A stretch of 40,029 nucleotides of DNA, taken from the NCBI RefSeq assembly GCF_004010195.1, contig NW_025215365.1:1-40029 (forward strand), in the 5' to 3' direction. The DNA is from Chiloscyllium plagiosum (taxonomy: Eukaryota). Below the pieces are notes generated by a model. It ran no database searches, was not told the DNA's origin, and saw only the letters and a program-made list of their open reading frames with translations. Made by a program: the position numbers and the translations under genes. Shown in pieces: positions 21,495 through 34,139 of the stretch (position 1 is its first letter; each line of letters starts with the position of its first letter).

Positions 21495-23080
21495 TTTAGT
21501 TCATTCATCGGATGTGGGCACCTCTGGCTGGACCATCATCCCTAATTATCCTGGAGAAGGTGGTCACAGTCATGTTGGGGAGGGAGTTCCATGATTTAGA
21601 CCCCCGCAGTGAAGGGATGGTGATAGACCTCCAAGTCAAGATGGCGAGTGGCTTGGAGGGGAACTTGCAAGGGACAGTGTTCCTATGTATCTGCTGCCTG
21701 GTCCTTCTAGATTGAAGCGGCCATGGGTTCAGAATGTGCCGTCTGAGGATCTTTGGTGAATTTCTCCAGCGCAGGTAGTACGCACTGCTGCTATTGAGCG
21801 TCAGTGGTGGAGGGAGTGGAATGCGGCACCAATCAAGCGGGCTGTTTTGTCCTGGATGGTGTCGAGCTTCTTGGGTGATGTTGGAGCTTCACCCAACCAG
21901 GCAGGTGGGGAGTATCCCATCACACTCCTGATTGGTACCTTATAGATGATGGACAGGCTTTGGGGGATCAGGGGGTGAGTTACTCGCTGCTGGATTCCCA
22001 GCCTTTGACCTGCTCTTGAAGCCAATGTATTTATAGGGTGACTCCAGCTGAGTTTCTGATCAAGGATAATCCCTAAGATGTTGATAACATGTGGGGCTTC
22101 AGTGATGGGGATATCTAAGACTGATCAGAGGAGATGGTTAGATTCTCCCTTGTTGTGAGATGTCATTGTTTGGCATTGTGTAGTGTAAACTGGATATTAT
22201 CCAGGTCTTGTTGCATTTGAACATGGATTGTTTCAGTGGCTGAGGTATTGTGAATGGTGTGCAATCATTAGCCAGCATCTCCATTTCTGACCTCATGATG
22301 GCCGTTGATGAAGCAGCTGAAGATGTTTGGGACAAGGCCAAGACAGGGGTGGCACAGCAACTCAGTGGTCAGCACTGCTGCCTCACAGCCCCAGGGACCC
22401 GGGTTCGATTCCACCCTTGGGCTGTCTGTGTGGAGTTTGCACGTTCTCTGCGTGGGTTTCCTCCGGGTGCTCCGGTTTTCTCCCACAATCCAAAGATGGT
22501 GCAGGTCAGGTGGATTGGCCATGGAAAATGGAAGGATACAGGGATAGGACGGGGGAGTGGGATGCTCTTCAGAGCGGTCAGTATGGATTCAATGAGCTAA
22601 ATGGCCTGCTTCCACACCGCAGGGATTCTATTACCCTATGTCCTTGAGTTGAGATGACTGACCTCCAACAACCAAACTGGGCGTCGCTGAGCAGGTGCAG
22701 CTTGATAGCTCTGTTGATGACACCATAAGAAACAAGGAGCAGGAGTAGGCCACCGGCCCTTCGAGTCTGCTCCACCATGCAATACGATCATGGCTTCTAT
22801 CATTTTACTGATGATGAAGAGTAAGACTGATGGGGCGGTAATTGGCCGGGTTGGATTTATCCTGCTTTTCGTGTACTGGACATACCTGGGCAATTTCCCA
22901 CATTGTCGGGTAGATGCCAGTGTCGTAACTGTGCTGGAAGAACTTGTCTAGGGGAGGGGCAAATTCTGGAGCACAAGTCTTCAGTCCTATTGCCAGAATG
23001 TTTACAGGGCTCATAGCCTTTGCAGTGCCCTGTGCTTCCAGCCATTTCTTGGTATCATGTGGAATGAAGACTGGCATGTG
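21495..23080 (-). mobile_element. CR1-group LINE (second family) fragments, 21495-22340 and about 22640-23080
   Basis: ASRAGQRLGIQQRVTHPLIPQSLSIIYKV and LKTCAPEFAPPLDKFFQHSYDTGIYPTMWEIAQVCPVHEKQDKSNPANYRPISL. Confidence 0.88.
22345..22632 (+). mobile_element. HE1-like V-SINE
   Basis: tRNA head gggttcgattcc plus V-domain. Confidence 0.85.
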
Positions 23081-23180
23081 GTATGCTGGAGATTTCTAGA
23101 TTTCTAATGTTGAGGTGTGGACAAAACTGGGGAAAACAGGGTTTGGAATGTATGCTTTAGCTCTGGCTTCCAGCCCTATC

Positions 23181-23362
23181 GGTCAGGCAGCATCTGAGGA
23201 GCAGGAGAATCATGTTTCGGGCATAAGCTATTCATTCCTGATGAAGGGCTTATGCTCGAAACATTGACTCTCCTGCTCCTCGGATGCTGCCTGACCTGCT
23301 GGGCTTTTCCAGCACCACACTCTCGACTCTGATCTCCAGCATCTGCAGTGCTCACTTCCTCC
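23181..23362. mobile_element. Palindromic Penelope terminal fragment (family A)
   Basis: Inverted arms around 23230; CTGATGA at 23238-23244 and GAAA at 23258-23261 on the plus strand. Confidence 0.85.
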
Positions 23363-23796
23363 CATCTCTCTCGTTTATTTAGCCCAATTCACGGAGTTTG
23401 TGAGCACACCGAGCCGATCAAGCACAGTGAGCCTCAATAGTAAACAGACTCACATAATCAAACGCAGCACACCTGAAGGCACCATAGTTTCGGAAAAAGG
23501 CCATCAACAGCAGGGAAACGGCGGAGACGAACCCGAATTATCCCAGGAATGAGGGTTGCCAGTTTGGGGGGGGACCCTGGTGAAACTGCAGGGATGCTCC
23601 TTATCGGGGCGAAGTCGAAACCAAGGTTTAATCGGGGTGTTCCGAATTCTAAGCGGTTCGGATCAAGTCAGTGGAAGACTCTAATTCCACTGGGAGCAGG
23701 CTAACAGTTAATACAATTGGCAGAAGAACCCTAGGGGAGGTGAGGAGAAAAGTCCAGTGGAAAATAGACAGATAGTTGAAGAGGGAAGAAAAATCT

Positions 23797-24032
23797 TAAA
23801 AATCACACAACAACCAGGTTATAGTCCAACAGGTGTATTTGGAAGCACTAGCTTTCGGAGCGCTGCTCCTTCAACAGCTGGTTGTGGAGTAAAAGATTGG
23901 ACAACCACTTGATGAAGGAGCAGCACTCCGAAAGCTAGTGTGCTTCCAATTAAACCTGTCGGACTATAGCCTGGTTGTTGTGTGATTTTTAACTTTGTAC
24001 ACCCCAGTCCAACACCGGCATCTCCGAATCAT
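23797..24032. mobile_element. Palindromic Penelope-type terminal fragment (family B)
   Basis: aaaaatcacacaacaaccagg...ggttg pairs with caacca...cctggttgttgtgtgattttt (~85-bp arms); tgatgaaggagcagcactccgaaagctag motif. Confidence 0.8.
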
Positions 24033-25199
24033 TAAGGAAATAAAAAACTGCAAGATTTTGAGGAAAAGGGTAGGAATAATCGGGTTGGTTCCCGCTAATG
24101 GGCTCTTTCTGTGCTTGGACCCTCGATGATACCACCTCGAATTTCGCAAAGAGCAGGAAGCCAGGCTGATTCAAGCCTGTCGACCCTTGTGACTAGATGC
24201 AAGGGTCGAGAGTGTTGGGCGATGGGACTGATCATTGTGCCCCATCGGGGGGAGTCTCTTCTCTGACACTGGTCTAACGTGGTTGGCTCAGTCTGGGAGA
24301 TGAACCCTTTCAGGGCAGAAGGAGCACTGTCAGAAACACACAGCAAGACGTGATGTTCGCTTTCCACCCCGAGCGATTCACCTCAAAAACCGGGGGCCCG
24401 GCCATCAGTTTGCAACAAGTGGAACGATTTATTTTGCATTATGCATTGACAAATGCAAATTAAAAACCCATCAAACCTACGCCTCATTATTCGGTGCGTC
24501 CTAACCCAGCACTTAAGGAAAACAAGTTCCCCGATGTTAACTGGTGAACACAAGCAACGAATCTCAATTATTTACAAATGTATGAGTAAAAACAGAGAAA
24601 CGAGGTTTAAAAAAAATGAACTGCAATATCTCACAATGAACACCAATATGCAAATGGTGGCCAACTCTTATGCAATGACGATCCTTCCCTGTCAAAATGC
24701 ATTCAAATCTAACCTTTTAATTTAAAAAAAAGGCAGAATTGCCTGCATTTTAGGACTTCTCGTACGAAGTGATGTTGAAAAGCAAGACTCTTGACTCCTC
24801 TCGGACGAAACATTGTGTCATTCTGTTGTAGGTGTTTTTATAAATGCAGTGCAGTAAGATTTAACTTGTCTCACTGCACAGTTGCTGCTCAGGACCTGCA
24901 ATTTGTTTTTGTGTTTATTTCAGATTTACAGCATCCGCTTTATGTTTTTTAAAAATTTGTTCAGCAGTCTCGTCATTCAATCTAACCCCCTCAATAATCT
25001 TACCTCGCATATTCTCTATACCTCCATATTCTCTCCCCAGGAGATATCTACACTGTCCCAGTTCTGGCCTTTCACATGCACTATGCACAACCTTCTTTAA
25101 GCACTCTATCACTGGTGGCTGTGTCTTCAATTGCCTCGCCTTCTGCCAGCAATGGAATCCCCTCCCGACCTGTAACAATCCCACCTTCTTCCTTTGTTG

Positions 25200-25420
25200 T
25201 CGTGTTGCCACAGCCTTACCAGACCATAGGGACTGCTCTCTCATTAGAGGGAAGCGACTGGTGGTGATTTAACCTGAGGGCCACCAGACCTCAGGCGAGG
25301 GAAGAGGTTAAGGAGGAGAGTCCTTCATGGTAACCTCAAACCGGTGATGGGAGTTGAACCCACGCTGTTGGCATCACACTGCTCTGCAAACCAACGGCCC
25401 AGCGGACTGACCCAAACTGA
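25200..25420 (-). mobile_element. tRNA-derived SINE (non-HE1 family)
   Basis: Minus-strand head with B-box gggttcaactcc (plus strand gggagttgaaccc near 25349-25361). Confidence 0.6.
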
Positions 25421-25471
25421 TTCCCTTTCTTCCTTAAAGACATTTCTTAAAGCTGACTTCCTTGACCAGGA

Positions 25472-25640
25472 TGTGAGGATGCCAGTGTTGGACTTGGGTG
25501 GGCAAAGTTAGAAGTCTCACGACACCAGGTTTCTTGAAAAGCACAAGCTTTTGGAGCACTGCTCCTCTGTCAAGTGAAGCTTGTGATTTTAATTAAACCT
25601 GTTGGACTATAACCTGGTGTCGTGAGACTTCTGACTTTGG
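25472..25640. mobile_element. Degenerate family-B Penelope palindrome
   Basis: aaagttagaagtctcacgacaccaggtt / aacctggtgtcgtgagacttctgacttt inverted arms, homologous to 23797-24032. Confidence 0.75.
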
Positions 25641-25659
25641 CCTTGACTGTGCTTTTGTG

Positions 25660-26405
25660 TAACCCATCTCACTGGAGCCAATCAGGGGGCAAGCCATGTG
25701 GGGAAAAAAAATTTGTGGGCTAAATATGGTATTAAATTACTGACTTCATGGTGAAGGTGTTCCTGGGCAATAGTGATCATAACATGATTGAAGTTCGTAT
25801 TCAATTTCAGGGAGAGAAGAGTGGGAGTCCATGGGTAATATTTTACACATAAATGAGGCCCTCCTGAGCAGATAGAACCCAAGCTAGCTAAAGCAACCTT
25901 GCAAATTGTGTTAAGGGATAGGTCAGTAGAGATACAGTGATAGACATTTCGGGGGATATTTTAGAAGGCACAGAAGGGATCATTTTTAAGGAGAAATTTT
26001 TATGAGAAAGTACCGCACTTAAATAAAAAAAGCATGTCATTTTGCAAAAGCATAACATTGTATGGGCCAGAAAATTTAAAATGCAAAGGGTTTCTAAACG
26101 TTCAGAGGAAATTCAGTTATGAGAGAAGGATAGGTAGAAATTGTAAGAAAGTTTAGAAATTTTAAGGTGAGAGGGGAAAGATTTAAAAGGGACCTAAAGG
26201 GGCAACTTTTTCACCCAGACGGGTTGTGTGTGGAACCAACTGCCAGAGGAAGTGGTAGAGGCAGGTACAATTACAACACTTAAAAGGCATTTGGACAGGT
26301 ACATGATGGGAAAGGTGTTGAGGAATACAGGCCAAATGCAGGCAAATGGAATTAGTTCGGTTTAGGAAACACGGTCTGCATGCATGAATTGGGCCAAAGG
26401 ATCTG
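25660..26405 (+). mobile_element. CR1 fragments: endonuclease end/tether (to ~26160) and a younger 3' end (26162-26405)
   Basis: LGNSDHNMIEV (APE C-terminal SDH motif); aaggtgagaggggaaagatttaaaagggacc. Confidence 0.75.
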
Positions 26406-26409
26406 CTAT

Positions 26410-27780
26410 GGAAATGTGTTGCTGGAGAAGCGCAGCAGGTCAGGCAGCATCTAGGGAACAGGAGAATCGACGTTTCGGGCATTAGCCCTTCTTCAGGAAT
26501 GAGGAAAGTTTGTCCAGCAGGCTAAGATAAAAGNNNNNNNNNNNNNNNNNNNNNNNNNNNNNNNNNNNNNNNNNNNNNNNNNNNNNNNNNNNNNNNNNNN
26601 NNNNNNNNNNNNNNNNNNNNNNNNNNNNNNNNNNNNNNNNNNNNNNNNNNNNNNNNNNNNNNNNNNNNNNNNNNNNNNNNNNNNNNNNNNNNNNNNNNNN
26701 NNNNNNNNNNNNNNNNNNNNNNNNNNNNNNNNNNNNNNNNNNNNNNNNNNNNNNNNNNNNNNNNNNNNNNNNNNNNNNNNNNNNNNNNNNNNNNNNNNNN
26801 NNNNNNNNNNNNNNNNNNNNNNNNNNNNNNNNNNNNNNNNNNNNNNNNNNNNNNNNNNNNNNNNNNNNNNNNNNNNNNNNNNNNNNNNNNNNNNNNNNNN
26901 NNNNNNNNNNNNNNNNNNNNNNNNNNNNNNNNNNNNNNNNNNNNNNNNNNNNNNNNNNNNNNNNNNNNNNNNNNNNNNNNNNNNNNNNNNNNNNNNNNNN
27001 NNNNNNNNNNNNNNNNNNNNNNNNNNNNNNNNNNNNNNNNNNNNNNNNNNNNNNNNNNNNNNNNNNNNNNNNNNNNNNNNNNNNNNNNNNNNNNNNNNNN
27101 NNNNNNNNNNNNNNNNNNNNNNNNNNNNNNNNNNNNNNNNNNNNNNNNNNNNNNNNNNNNNNNNNNNNNNNNNNNNNNNNNNNNNNNNNNNNNNNNNNNN
27201 NNNNNNNNNNNNNNNNNNNNNNNNNNNNNNNNNNNNNNNNNNNNNNNNNNNNNNNNNNNNNNNNNNNNNNNNNNNNNNNNNNNNNNNNNNNNNNNNNNNN
27301 NNNNNNNNNNNNNNNNNNNNNNNNNNNNNNNNNNNNNNNNNNNNNNNNNNNNNNNNNNNNNNNNNNNNNNNNNNNNNNNNNNNNNNNNNNNNNNNNNNNN
27401 NNNNNNNNNNNNNNNNNNNNNNNNNNNNNNNNNNNNNNNNNNNNNNNNNNNNNNNNNNNNNNNNNNNNNNNNNNNNNNNNNNNNNNNNNNNNNNNNNNGA
27501 TGTCGCGGAGGAAAAGGTGGGGGGTGGGGCCAGTGTAGTTGCGGAAGATGGATTGTTCCACATATCCTACGAAGAGGCAGGCATAGCTGGGGCCCATGCG
27601 GGTGCCCATGGCTACTCCTTTCATTTGGAGGAAGTGGGAGGATTGGAAAGAGAAGTTGTTCAGGGTGAGGACCAGTTCAGTCAGTCGAAGGAGGGTGTCA
27701 GTGGAAGAGTACTGGTCGGTACAGCGGGAAAGGAAGAAGCGGAGGGCTTTGAGTCCTTCGTGATGGGGGATGGAGGTGAT
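26410..27780 (-). mobile_element. 5'-truncated Penelope-like element (spans a 965-N gap)
   Basis: TSIPHHEGLKALRFFL..LVLTLNNFSF..QMKGVAMGTRMGPSYACLFVGYVE..LFLRDI is the PLE RT core. The terminus at 26410-26505 has a hammerhead-like motif. Confidence 0.92.
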
Positions 27781-27799
27781 CTGCTTCCTTGCTGTATGG

Positions 27800-29150
27800 C
27801 TTGAAACACAAAAACAGAGAGTAAGAGCTTCTGCACATATTTTAAAAAGGTGTGTTGACAATTTGACTGTTGATCCTACAGAAAGTGAGTCTGGAGAATT
27901 AATATTGGAAATTAAGGCAAATGAATAGAGCAGGTAGTTTCCATCATTCTGGACGATACAAGTAAGATTGCTCTGGAAATAGCAGGGAATAGCAATCACC
28001 AGGGAATTGGTACTGAGCAAGTTGGAATGTTATGGGATGAGAAATCCCCAAGACTTAATCCCAGGGTCTTAAAAATAGTGGCCAGGGAGATAGTAGATTT
28101 TGAACTTATCCAAAGTTCCATTGTTTTGGGATCGTCCCAGTGAATTGGAAAACAGCAAATGTAATTTTTCCATTCAAAAAGGAAGACAAAAATGCAGGAC
28201 AGACCAGATGGCTTTACATCCGTCATTGGGAAAACACTACAAGTTATCGCTCAAAATATTTTAGCAGGGCACTTAGAAAAATGTCAGGGTAATACGGCAA
28301 AGTTGTGCAAGGTAATTCATGCATAACCTATTGTTGGGAATCTCTGAGGACGTAACGTGTGTCAAGGATAAAGGGGAACTGATGGATGTACTGAGATTCT
28401 GAAGGCATTTGATAAGGTCACACATCAGAGGTTATTGCAGACAGGTCATGGTGTAAAGGTTAAGTAATGTATTGGCATGGATAGAAGACTGGCTGGCTAA
28501 CAGGAAGCAGAGAGTAGGAAATATGGATCATTTTCTGGTCGATAAATGTGTGATATGTCCCAAGGATCAGTATTGGGGTCTGAACCCTTAACAGTTTCTA
28601 CAATGTACGAGGACAGGGAGGAAAGTAAGTTCTGAAGAGGACTTAAGGAGGGCTGAAGAAACTATGAAGGGATATAGATCGGTTAAGGGAACGGGCAAAA
28701 CGCTAGTGAATGGAGTATAATGTAGGAAAATGGAAAATTGTCCTTTTTGGCAGGAAGAATAAAATTGACATCCAAATGGGGAGAGATTGCAGAGCTCTGA
28801 GATGCAGATGGATCTGGGTGTCCTAATACATGAATCACGGAAGATTAGTGAACAGGCACAGCAAGTCATCAGGAATAGAATGTTCCATTGATCGCGAGGG
28901 AGATTGAACACAAAGGTAAGGAGAGATGGTAATTCGACTGTTGAGGCACTGTTGAGACCACATCTGGTGTACTGCGCACACCTTTTTAAGGCAGGCCACT
29001 GAAAGCAGTTCTGAGCAGGTTTACCGGACTACACCTGTAATGCCTTATGAGGAAGGTTGAACAGACTAGGATGCATCTGCTGGAGCTTAGAAGAGTCAAG
29101 AGGTGATTTGGTTGAAACAGATAAGATTCTGAGGGGTCTTAACATGTGGA
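27800..29150 (+). mobile_element. Old CR1 RT fragment (likely a continuation of 25660-26160)
   Basis: WKTANV..FKK, KAFDKV, WIEDWLANRKQRV and QGSVLG remnants with many frameshifts. Confidence 0.8.
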
Positions 29151-29679
29151 CTAATCTAATTTGCATGTGCACACGTGTACAAATATGGGCATCAAAGTGC
29201 ACACCCACGTGAAGACCTCACCCAGTAGTCAAAGCCAAGAGTGTTTTTTTCCCTGTACGATTGTCTATCACTTTATTTAACAGCTGGAGGACACGTGGTG
29301 GGTGTGTGACATGTTCAGGGGGCGTGGGTGGACAAGGAAGTTATGGCATTGTTGGGCCTTTCAGGGCTGATGGGCCAAATGGCCTCCCTGTTCCACCTCT
29401 ATGTCGTATTGGCATTTGGTCTGGATATTTCTTTGGTCACATTTCATCACTCATTTCCCTGCCAGCGTTGGAGAAAGCCCATTGTCCCAGTGCTAACTCT
29501 GTGAGAGATTCAGTCTTGCCTAACTTCCACCCTCTTTTATTGTGTCAATCCCAAATGCATCATTCTCTGCCTCATTCCTTTATAGACCTGCATCTTGCTT
29601 TGTTTGTCTTACATTAAAACATCCATTAGCTTCTGCATCACCTTCCTGGTGAGGTATCCCATGGCCTAACAAGCCCTGC

Positions 29680-30880
29680 ACTGCCAACGGTGGGAGTAGA
29701 GTCAGAGACATTAGGGACATTTAAGAAACTGCTGGACAAGCACATGGACAGCAGTAAATTGAGGGGTGTGTAGGTTAGGTTGATCTTAGATGAAGATAAA
29801 TGCTCAGCACTACATTGTGGGCCGAAGGGCCTGTACTGTTCTAAGTTCTACGTAAGCCTGGATGTTGGGAAATCTCTCTGAACTGAACCTCAGTGACCAG
29901 ATCAGTTCTTACTCCAAGAGAGTTTAACGTACATCACCCTTCAGCTCTGAGTTTTCTTTTGTGTTCATCAAAGAGTGACTCACGGGGAGGCAGTTTTCAG
30001 TGTCGGCAATGCTATAAGGCACAGTGTGATTCTCAGACTGCTGTTATCAAGTTCCAATGATCGCTTTCCAACAGGATTAGGAAGCACAGGGCACAGGTTT
30101 CAAATACGTAGCAGATCAACCAGTGGGGACATGAAGGAGAAACTGGTTTCTTTTCAATGACGGTGAGCTGTGGCCTTAAGAATGAATGAAAGCAGATTGT
30201 GCAGCAACTTGTAAAAAGGAACTGGATAAATTCTTGACAATTGCAGGGAAATGGGACTCATTGGATAAGTCTTCCAAATGGCCAACACTGGGACATCATA
30301 GAATGCCTACAGTGTGGAAACAGGCCCTTCAGCCCAACAAGTCCACACTGACCTGATGAAGAGTAACCCACCCAGCACCATTCCTCTACCCTGTTACTCT
30401 ACATTTACCCATAACTAATGCACCTGACCTGCACATCCCTGAACACTACAGGCAATTTAGCATGGCCAATTCACCTGACCTGCACATCTTTGGTCTGTGG
30501 GAGGAAACCGGAGCACCTGGTGGACACCCACGCAGACACGGCGAGAATGTGCAAGCTCCACACAGACAGTTGCCTGAGGCTGGAATCGAACCCAGGTCCC
30601 TGGCGCTGTGAGGCAGCAGTGCTAACCACCGAGTCACTGAGTTGAGGGGAAACTACATCTCCCAAAAGTTTGTGAATCTGTGGAATTCGCTCCCCCAAAG
30701 TGCGGTGGACGCTGGAGCAGTGAGTAAATTTAAGGAGGAATCAGACAGATTTTTAATTGGTTATGGGTTGAAGGGATATGGAGAGAACGCAGGAAAATGG
30801 AGGTGAGGAGCATATTAGCTCGATGGTGGAGCAGACCCGATGGGCCGAATGGCTGAATGCTGCTCCCGTGCCTTATGAAC
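29680..30880 (+). mobile_element. Cluster of CR1 3' tails (29680-29852, 30070-30290, 30650-30880)
   Basis: acatttaagaaactgctggacaagcacatgg, gggcacaggtttcaaata and ctgtggaattcgctcccccaaag motifs. Confidence 0.7.
30296..30633 (-). mobile_element. HE1 V-SINE
   Basis: Reverse complement of the full SINE. Confidence 0.9.
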
Positions 30881-30899
30881 TTCTTGGGGGGGTTCAGTC

Positions 30900-30997
30900 C
30901 GGTTCTGAAGAAGTCATTCCAGATTTGAAACATTAACTTTGCTTCTCTCCCTCCACAGATGCTGCCAGACCGGCTGAATTGCTCCAGCGTTCTCTGT
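30900..30997 (+). mobile_element. Old Penelope-type terminal remnant
   Basis: ctgaagaagtcattccagatttgaaacattaac...cacagatgctgccagacc. Confidence 0.6.
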
Positions 30998-31743
30998 TCC
31001 CAGCGAGACAAGGTGAAGATTGAAACGTTCCACAAAATCCCGGCCAGGGACAATCAGGTCGAACCGGGAGCCTCTGGAGGAGGAGGAGGAGGAGGCAGTT
31101 GGGTGGGATCAATTCCCGTCGAGGATCTGATTTGGGTCAATTAGCTTATTGGAAATGAGACCTGAGCAACTTCCACCCCTCACACAGCCACTGAGAGTGG
31201 CTCCCTCAGTGTTAGAGGTCATTCTTTATGGAAACTGCGGGCTCATGAGTGGAAATCCAGATTCTCACAGGCAGCCCTACGTCCCACTCTGCATCCTAGG
31301 GAGAAAGGGGGACTCGGATTCAAATCATGCGCTCGAGGACATCCTGAAAGACCCGGCGATGAGTTGTTATGAACACAGCGAGGGGCTCACAAACAGCAGT
31401 GTGATAATGGCTGGAGAGTGGATGAGGGGGTTGAAAGATAAATACTTCCTTGTCCTTCTGAAATGGTGCTGGGGGGAATCTGTAGCATAGAGCTGTGGTA
31501 GACCGTGCCTCTGTAAACATGCCAGCTCAGAGACGAGAGCTTCAAACTTCAGGAGCTGAGTCCAGGTCTCTATTGTGGGACAGACGGCCACATTCCTCTA
31601 GTTCAGGGGCAAGACTACAACTCACAGATCCACAGCTTTGGAAGCTCAGAAGCCACTTGGGAGAATCAAGTGTTTCAGGTAGGGATCTACCTGACACCAT
31701 TAATGGAGTCCCTGACCACAGGCCTTGCCTTAATGGCCTCCTG

Positions 31744-31966
31744 GGTGAAAGTGAGGACTGCAGATACTGAAGATCAGAGTCGTAAAGGGTGGCGCTGGGA
31801 AAGCACAGCAGGTCAGGCAGCATCCGAGGAGCAGGAGAATCGACGTTTCGGGCAAAAGCCCTTCACCAGGGCTGACCTGATGAAGAGCTTACGCTCAAAA
31901 CGTTGACTCTCCTGCTCCTCGGAGGCTGCCTGACCTGCTGTGTTTTCCCAGCGCCACCCTTTACGG
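31744..31966. mobile_element. Palindromic Penelope terminal fragment (family A)
   Basis: Arms of ~85 bp around 31870. Degenerate TSD gccttaatggcctcctg / gcattaatggtcttttg. Confidence 0.88.
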
Positions 31967-32871
31967 CATTAATGGTCTTTTGAAATGGTTGAGGAATCCC
32001 CTCTGTATCAAGGGCAACAAGCATCTGAGACTCCCACATCCCCTGTAAGGGGGGGGGGGGGGGGGGGGAGAGAGGGGAAAGCCAACGTAAGTCAAGCAAG
32101 GACCGAAGAGTCAAGTGGCGAGGTGAATTGTTCTCGCTGAGAGGTACTATGTCAAGGCTGCTTTTCACATCATCCCTCAGTTGGTCATGAACGTTGAGAT
32201 CCGAACAATAAAAAGGGAGACAGGAACCCAAGTGTCCTGTCGTCAGTCACCACTAAATAAATACAAGAAGCCGATAAAAAGGGTAGGTAGTTCAGCAACT
32301 CTTTAGCACTTTACACAGAAATGGACATTTTTATCTAGGACAGAATATAATCAATCACCTGTTGACACAGATATTAGCAAACAGTCATTAGATCAGATTC
32401 ACATGCCAGTGAGAGTAAGGATTACACATGGTTTTCTTGACAGCTTTTTGGTTCTTTGTTTAACCCCACTCGCCCACCCTCCCCCGTCCCCTGTACAAGA
32501 ACATTCACTCGTAATTGTTCCAAATGGGAGCTACAGGTAACAAGACTCAAACTGCGATCAGGGAGGGGGAAGGTGTGACTAAAGCTGTGTTGGGGGGGGG
32601 GGGGGGAAGGGGGCAGGAAGAGGATAAAGAAAACCTTACATCGTGTGGTTTTTCTTTCATTCCTACCCTGGGGTTTTCGTACGCTCTGATTTTTTTTTGG
32701 TATCGCGTTGATAGTCTGAATTGACAGAAGGAAAAGCAACTGAATTCTGACGGAGAGGGGTGCTCTGAGTAAACCACCCTCCCAGACTCAAAAGGGTGCC
32801 ATATTCATCAGGCGGGGAAGGCCGAAGGAATGCCCATTTTAGACCTCCTGGCTGGCGATGGTGATGCATAC

Positions 32872-33082
32872 ATCATTGAATCCTGACAGTGTGGAAACAG
32901 GCCATTCAGCCCATCTGAAAAGCAGCCCACCCACACCTGCACATCTTTTGGACTGCGGGAGGAAACCAGAGAAAACCGGCGCAGACACGGGGAGAATGTG
33001 CAAGACGGTCACCCAAGGGTGCAATTGCACTCAGGTCCCTGGCACTATGAGGTAGCAGGACTAACCACTGAGCCACCATGCC
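32872..33082 (-). mobile_element. Short HE1-like SINE
   Basis: tttggactgcgggaggaaacc...ctaaccactgagccaccatg. Confidence 0.8.
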
Positions 33083-33139
33083 TCCCTACTTGCCCTTGAC
33101 AACTCAAACCCAACACTGAATATTTTTCTGCACTCTTTT

Positions 33140-33618
33140 GAGGATATTATTAAACTGGAATGAGTGCAGAAAAGATTTACTGGGATGCTACCTAAAATGG
33201 AAGATTTGAGTAATAAGGAGAGAGCTGGATAGACTGGGACCTTTCTCCCTGCAGCGTTGGAAACTGACGGGTGACTTTATAGAGGTTTATAAAATCATGA
33301 GAGGCATAGATAAGGTGGATAGTCAACAGCTTATCCCCATGGTAGGGGAGTCTAAAACTAAAGGGCACAGGTTTAAGGGGAGAGACACAGAAGAGTCCAC
33401 AAGGACAATATTTTCACACAGAAGTTTCCGGAACAGGCTGCTAGAGGTAGTAGTGGAGGTGAGTACAGATTCATCACTCAAGAACATGGTCTGGGATAGT
33501 CATGGAGGTATATGGACCAAATGTAGGCAAGTAGGACGAGTTTGATTGTGAAAATTGGGAAGCATTGGTGAGTTGGGCTGAAGGGCCTGTTTCCATGCTG
33601 TAAGCCTCTATGACTCTA
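33140..33618 (+). mobile_element. CR1 3' end
   Basis: gtgcagaaaagatttactgggatg...MRGIDKVD..ESKTKGH and a ctatgactct tail. Confidence 0.88.
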
Positions 33619-34139
33619 GAACTGCAGCCTCCCTTCTCCCCCGTACCAATGTCCCTTTAACCCTTCGTGCTCAGTCTCATGAGAAGTTCTCTCCGTGAGA
33701 TACAAGAGTCGACAACATCCATCCCCACTTCCACCTCAGTGTTTGTAGCCTGGATCTTGGGATAATCACATTCGGAGAGTGAGAGATGACTTCAGACACA
33801 CTCAACTCTTTGGTCATGGGTTCGAACCTCATGATTGATAAGAAACAGTCAAAGTCGGATCCTCAAGGCCTGTTGACGAGAGATGCGAGGCAGCAATCCC
33901 TCGATTCTAGTTGTTGAGGTCAGTATTAATTACCCCTTGACAGTTCCTTGGGGGTCTCCTGAAGCATTTGAACTTGCCCCCCTCAATGTAACCACACAAA
34001 TGGGGGTGGGGAGGGTCCCCTTGGCTTGAATTGGCTCGTCACAGCCCACCAATATATGTCATTGACTTCCCAACACGTTCCCATGATGCCTCACAGGCAC
34101 GAGTGCGAAATAAGGAGGCGTTGAGGAATCTGTAGGTTA

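Noticed and set aside
24130..24192. Short protein-like frame YHLEFRKEQEARLIQACRPL
   Set aside because: Bounded by stops, with no convincing splice sites or homology I can support.
26482..28020. 512-aa ORF (and other ORFs spanning N runs)
   Set aside because: The length is an artefact of the gap; only the Penelope RT part (27500-27780) is meaningful.
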